A stretch of DNA of 64,000 bases from a virus (lineage: Duplodnaviria; Caudoviricetes). This document shows positions 60,187 to 64,000 of the stretch, one piece after another; within the stretch, counting starts at the first letter, position 1; each line of letters opens with the position of its first letter. The translations under genes were made by a program, and so were the position numbers. Under the pieces are notes generated by a model. The model made no database searches, was not told the origin of the DNA, and saw nothing but the letters and a program-made list of their open reading frames with translations. The stretch is taken from IMG/VR virus record IMGVR_UViG_3300036766_002286. One strand, 5' to 3'.

Positions 60187-60524
60187 GCTCCCGCGGCACA
60201 ATTCGACCTGGCCTCGAGCCCGCCAAAAGCATATTGAAAGCCGCCCAAGATCAAACTTCTGCAAGATATAAGCCCATACTACAAGCAGCTCAAACTAAAT
60301 ATTTCGCGGGCTGTGCTGCAGCTAAGCAAGCCCTTATGGAAACCCTTGATGCTGATCACACTTATGCTCAAAAGTTAGCCTATGAAACTATTATACAAGG
60401 TCTAAAAGACACTAGAAACGCTACTATCCGCGCCGCCGAAGCCGAATATAATACAGCCATGACTAGTGCTCTTGCTATATATATTGAAACCGCAGCCAAA
60501 ATCACCACAGGAGATTTATCATGA
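60183..60524 (+). CDS. Ala-rich helical protein, paralog 3 of 3
   Basis: ATGA overlap; ends YIETAAKITTGDLS. Confidence 0.85.
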   Translation: MSSRGTIRPGLEPAKSILKAAQDQTSARYKPILQAAQTKYFAGCAAAKQALMETLDADHTYAQKLAYETIIQGLKDTRNATIRAAEAEYNTAMTSALAIYIETAAKITTGDLS

Positions 60525-60730
60525 GCAGTAACGCAAAAGACACTCTAACCGATATCTATACTTTACGTATCGATATTTATGATGCCTTAAAAAAGTTCCA
60601 AGATTCTCAAAATATTAAAGTTAGTGACGAAGATTGGATGATTTTAGTTAAACACGCTGATATTTTAGCAGAGGTTTTAGTTCAAGCAGCCGCATCTGCA
60701 GCCGACATTAGCCGCTATTCAAGATACTAA
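60521..60730 (+). CDS. Hypothetical protein
   Basis: GGAG RBS; ATGA overlap. Confidence 0.7.
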   Translation: MSSNAKDTLTDIYTLRIDIYDALKKFQDSQNIKVSDEDWMILVKHADILAEVLVQAAASAADISRYSRY

Positions 60731-60752
60731 AGTCAGCTAATAGGAGGCATTA

Positions 60753-60974
60753 ATGAGCATAGACAACCAACCAATAATATTAAACGAAACACAAGTTATT
60801 CAATATCAAGACATATTATGGCCTTTAGCAGATAGTTTTGATGATATTGACTTGTCCGAAGCGACCGCTCCCGGTGTTACGTTAACAACAGAGGATATAG
60901 ACACATTCATCTCTGAATTCATAGAGGCAGTAACAAAACTTTCCGCTCTCAAACTACAAATAGAAATAGGTTAA
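60753..60974 (+). CDS. Small acidic hypothetical protein
   Basis: AGGAGG RBS. Confidence 0.72.
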   Translation: MSIDNQPIILNETQVIQYQDILWPLADSFDDIDLSEATAPGVTLTTEDIDTFISEFIEAVTKLSALKLQIEIG

Positions 60975-60978
60975 TATA

Positions 60979-61176
60979 ATGAGCGATAGTCAATGGCAAC
61001 TGATAGATGAATACGGATGTGATAGATGTGGCCGTACTGTTGAAAATGGCTCAGGACACTATTCAGATGACGAGACTGATGACCGCATCTGCGCTGACTG
61101 TGCGTCACTTGCCGCCCCAATTATATACGAAACAATACATTCCGAAGCTAGTAATCGCCACAATAGTACACTATAA
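60979..61176 (+). CDS. Small putative Zn-finger protein
   Basis: CDRC...CADC. Confidence 0.68.
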   Translation: MSDSQWQLIDEYGCDRCGRTVENGSGHYSDDETDDRICADCASLAAPIIYETIHSEASNRHNSTL

Positions 61177-61191
61177 CCAAAGGAGCTAATC

Positions 61192-61470
61192 ATGAGTAAA
61201 GATAAACTGAAAATTACCATACCAAAAGCAACAAAACGCACTGAGTCTGTGGCTCTCTGGCTCCAGGAGAAGTTTCATTCGAAGATGTTGACGATAACTG
61301 CTGCTTGCGTCGTAATATGTGACCAATGTGGCCGAAGTGATACAACCCAATACAAGACTATTGCCCTCGCTATTGAAGGCACAACGAAAGAAGGCTGGCA
61401 ACACAATGAAGTCAACGGAACAGCCGACGAATCAATTTGTCCTGAATGTCTCACAAAAGGAGCAAAATAA
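61192..61470 (+). CDS. Small putative Zn-finger protein
   Basis: AAGGAG RBS; CDQC...GW...CPEC. Confidence 0.75.
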   Translation: MSKDKLKITIPKATKRTESVALWLQEKFHSKMLTITAACVVICDQCGRSDTTQYKTIALAIEGTTKEGWQHNEVNGTADESICPECLTKGAK

Positions 61471-61883
61471 TGAGCGAAACAAATGAAGTAAACATAATTC
61501 CAGAAGTTTCCAAGCCAGAGATTAAAATAAAAACTAAAGCGGAACTCGCAACAGTTCTTGATGCAACTGAAGCTCTCTTAGATAAAGCCACAGTTGACGC
61601 CAAGTCCACTGATGCTGCTTTTGATAAAGCTAGCAAGCGTTGGAATAAAGTTTGGGAGGCCCGTGTCGCATCTGACGCCACCTGCATTTACCCAGTTGAT
61701 GATTCAGTCCCTGTAAGCTATGAGGCCCTAGATGCCGAATATACTAAAGTTCGAGAAGATTGTGAGAGCGTCAGAACAATCAGAGATCAAGCAAGAATTG
61801 CTCGCAATAAAGCAGCAGCTGGCTTAGAAAAAGCACTCAGTGCCCGGGATCGAGCAAAAGTTGCTTTTGATCAAGCTGTATAG
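61470..61883 (+). CDS. Ala-rich coiled-coil protein
   Basis: AAGGAG RBS; TAATG overlap. Confidence 0.75.
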   Translation: MSETNEVNIIPEVSKPEIKIKTKAELATVLDATEALLDKATVDAKSTDAAFDKASKRWNKVWEARVASDATCIYPVDDSVPVSYEALDAEYTKVREDCESVRTIRDQARIARNKAAAGLEKALSARDRAKVAFDQAV

Positions 61884-61924
61884 TAGTTTATAAAATATAA
61901 CACACAATAACAGGAGAACACACT

Positions 61925-62491
61925 ATGAATCAAAAAACTGAATACGTAAATACTTACACAACTAAGGACGGTACGACAGTCGAGCTGGTCCGTGACCCGC
62001 ACACCGATATCATATATCTATCTAGAAGGGAGCTGGCTGGCGCAGATTTTAGTAAAGCTAATTTGCGAAATGTCGATATGTCTCATAGTTTTTTGGACGG
62101 CGCTAACTTCACTTGTGCAGATCTCAAGTATGCTAACCTAGAGGGAGCTACTTTAACTAATGCAAACCTATCTCAAGTAGACCTTACTGTGGCAAACTTA
62201 ACCAATACAAACCTGTCAGGTGCAAATCTAAACTCTGCTAATTTATCCGCCAGTAATCTACGTTTCGCATATTTGGTAGGCGCAACCCTAATTAAAGCTA
62301 ATTTAACTGAAGCGAAACTTACTGATACTATGTGTCTTAGCTGTGATTTCACTGCTGCTGATCTGTCTTATGCTAAACTTAAAAGAACGGATTTCACCTG
62401 TGCTAACTTAACAAATGCTGTCTTTGTAGGCGCCCGTCTAATTGAGCCCATTTTTAATGACGCCATTATGGTCAATAATAAATTCAATTAA
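61925..62491 (+). CDS. Pentapeptide repeat protein (plus-strand cluster #1)
   Basis: TYTTKDG N-cap; ends ARLIEPIF. Confidence 0.95.
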   Translation: MNQKTEYVNTYTTKDGTTVELVRDPHTDIIYLSRRELAGADFSKANLRNVDMSHSFLDGANFTCADLKYANLEGATLTNANLSQVDLTVANLTNTNLSGANLNSANLSASNLRFAYLVGATLIKANLTEAKLTDTMCLSCDFTAADLSYAKLKRTDFTCANLTNAVFVGARLIEPIFNDAIMVNNKFN

Positions 62492-62516
62492 TATAAAACT
62501 ACTAGGAGAACACACC

Positions 62517-63089
62517 ATGGATCAGGAAATTGAGAATATAACTACTTACACAACCAGGCAAGGCGTGGTTGTAGAGCTACAATATGATAACGAATCCCTC
62601 GATGCAGGTCCTCAGCTAGCCAATATGGATCTGGCTGGAGCGAACTTTAATAATACTGATTTACATTTTGCGGACTTGTCACATAGCAATATGGTAGGCT
62701 GCAACCTATCTAATGCTTATATAATGGGCGCCACACTTGTTGGTGTTAATTTGACTAATGCTAATCTAACTAACGCTGATTTAATAGACACTAATTTAAC
62801 CAATGCAATCCTTGAGGGCGCTAATCTAACCGACGCCACCATGTCTGAGAGTAATTTAAAAAACGCTAATTTAACTAAAGCCATCCTAATTAGAGCTAAC
62901 TTAACTGAAGCTAAACTTACTAATACTGTATGCATAGCTTCAGATTGCACTAATGCTAGCTTTGCTTACGCTAAACTTAAAAGAACCGACCTCACCAGAG
63001 CTAATTTAACGGGCGCCGATTTACAAGAAGCTCGTCTAATTGAGCCCATTTTTACTGACACCATTTTAAGTAATACTATATTTAACTAA
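62517..63089 (+). CDS. Pentapeptide repeat protein (plus-strand cluster #2)
   Basis: GGAG RBS; TYTTRQG; ends ARLIEPIF. Confidence 0.95.
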   Translation: MDQEIENITTYTTRQGVVVELQYDNESLDAGPQLANMDLAGANFNNTDLHFADLSHSNMVGCNLSNAYIMGATLVGVNLTNANLTNADLIDTNLTNAILEGANLTDATMSESNLKNANLTKAILIRANLTEAKLTNTVCIASDCTNASFAYAKLKRTDLTRANLTGADLQEARLIEPIFTDTILSNTIFN

Positions 63090-63103
63090 CAGGAGAATAC
63101 ACC

Positions 63104-63568
63104 ATGGGTAGAAAAATCGAGTATACAGACGCCAAAGGGGTATCTCAAACTCTTGACTCAGAAAAATCCCACGCTAACAAGGATTTGACCAAAGCATCAT
63201 TAGCTAGTGCGAATTTAGTTAAATTGGATCTTATTGGAGCTACTCTATCCAGGGCCAATCTATCTAAAGCTCTCCTATTTGGTTCCAACTTGTCTTATGC
63301 TACTCTTATCGCAACAGACCTCTCGAACGCCAATTTATCCGGCCCCTCAAAAAAGGGAGCATTGCTGATTAAGGCCAATCTTAATGAAGCTAATCTAGAG
63401 AACGCTAAATGCGCCGGTTGTGACTTCACTGATGCTGACTTGTCTTATGCTAATCTTAATGGCGCCGATTTTTCCCAAACAAACCTCACTAATGCCAATC
63501 TAGCCGGCGCCAGGTTGCATGAAACTGTTTTCACAGATGCCATATTAACTAACGTCAAATACAGCTAG
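63104..63568 (+). CDS. Pentapeptide repeat protein (plus-strand cluster #3)
   Basis: EYTDAKG; ends ARLHETVF. Confidence 0.95.
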   Translation: MGRKIEYTDAKGVSQTLDSEKSHANKDLTKASLASANLVKLDLIGATLSRANLSKALLFGSNLSYATLIATDLSNANLSGPSKKGALLIKANLNEANLENAKCAGCDFTDADLSYANLNGADFSQTNLTNANLAGARLHETVFTDAILTNVKYS

Positions 63569-63589
63569 ACCCCAGCCTAGAAGAACACT

Positions 63590-63808
63590 ATGAACGATAG
63601 TTTACAACCAAAATTAAGCTCAGTGCAACTAGCAAAAGCCCATGCCCTTTTTGATACGTTGTGGATGACAGTAAATGATACTACACTTTGGAATAATGGC
63701 CTCCCAGTCGGTATGACAGCCGAAAGCTTAGATGTGCTCATATCTCAAACCAAAGACACTCTCAACGAGCTGCTACTACTTAAAACAGAAGTCCACACCA
63801 ACCAATAA
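63590..63808 (+). CDS. Hypothetical protein
   Basis: 72 aa; its leader resembles those of neighbouring genes (AGAACACT-ATG). Confidence 0.6.
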   Translation: MNDSLQPKLSSVQLAKAHALFDTLWMTVNDTTLWNNGLPVGMTAESLDVLISQTKDTLNELLLLKTEVHTNQ

Positions 63809-63823
63809 CAACGGAGAACCACA

Positions 63824-63949
63824 ATGACTGCTCATCATATCTTCCCCGAAGCTGTATTTGTAGACGCGCGTGACGGCGAGCTTGTCATTCACACTTGTTT
63901 CACTCGCTTCACCCAGTTTACCGGTAGTAGTGGACTTGATCCGCTGTGA
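63824..63949 (+). CDS. Short hypothetical ORF (41 aa; possibly truncated or frameshifted)
   Basis: GGAGAACCACA-ATG leader like those of upstream genes. Confidence 0.35.
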   Translation: MTAHHIFPEAVFVDARDGELVIHTCFTRFTQFTGSSGLDPL

Positions 63950-64000
63950 CTGTTTTACCTACCGACGCAATCACGCACTTAATTGATTGCTACGACTCAT

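Noticed and set aside
47358-63568. Labelling PRPs as qnr or mfpA resistance genes
   Set aside because: Only the generic repeat is shared. Caps and lengths differ, and orthology cannot be shown without a search.
1-64000. tRNA or rRNA genes
   Set aside because: No cloverleaf or rRNA-like segment was recognised by eye; a tRNAscan-SE/Infernal run is needed to exclude them formally.

Overview
Relatively AT-rich window with three parts. (i) Actinobacteria-like housekeeping genes that lack their usual operon neighbours: uvrB-uvrA-uvrC, tyrS, pncB, pncA, prfA, a NusA S1-KH protein, PcrA/UvrD, dgt and a half hisS. Several have altered signature motifs. (ii) Mobile-element-type genes: a divergent DnaB/SF4 helicase, TM0106-type nuclease, DUF1643, SpoVK/EccA-like AAA ATPase, Flp-type pilin, Fic, two paralogous Thr-rich secreted proteins, and many small hypothetical genes. 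(iii) 27 pentapeptide-repeat protein (PRP) genes: 21 in one head-to-tail minus-strand array at 47.4-59.2 kb, 3 on the plus strand at 61.9-63.6 kb, and 3 dispersed. The PRPs share N-caps and most have an MPDG(S/T)xH C-cap. At several junctions the C-cap DNA also supplies the ribosome-binding site and start codon of the next gene. Two tnpA-less, IS607-like TnpB elements are present, and their ends can be mapped exactly because excising copy 2 restores the PRP ending MPDGSVHI*. A window-wide promoter-like motif (TTGnnn-16 bp-NA(C/T)(T/A)(A/G)T) precedes many genes, often leaderless ones. My inference is a very large extrachromosomal element or jumbo phage of an actinobacterial host, or a highly remodelled chromosomal region. 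No rRNA, tRNA or CRISPR array was recognised.
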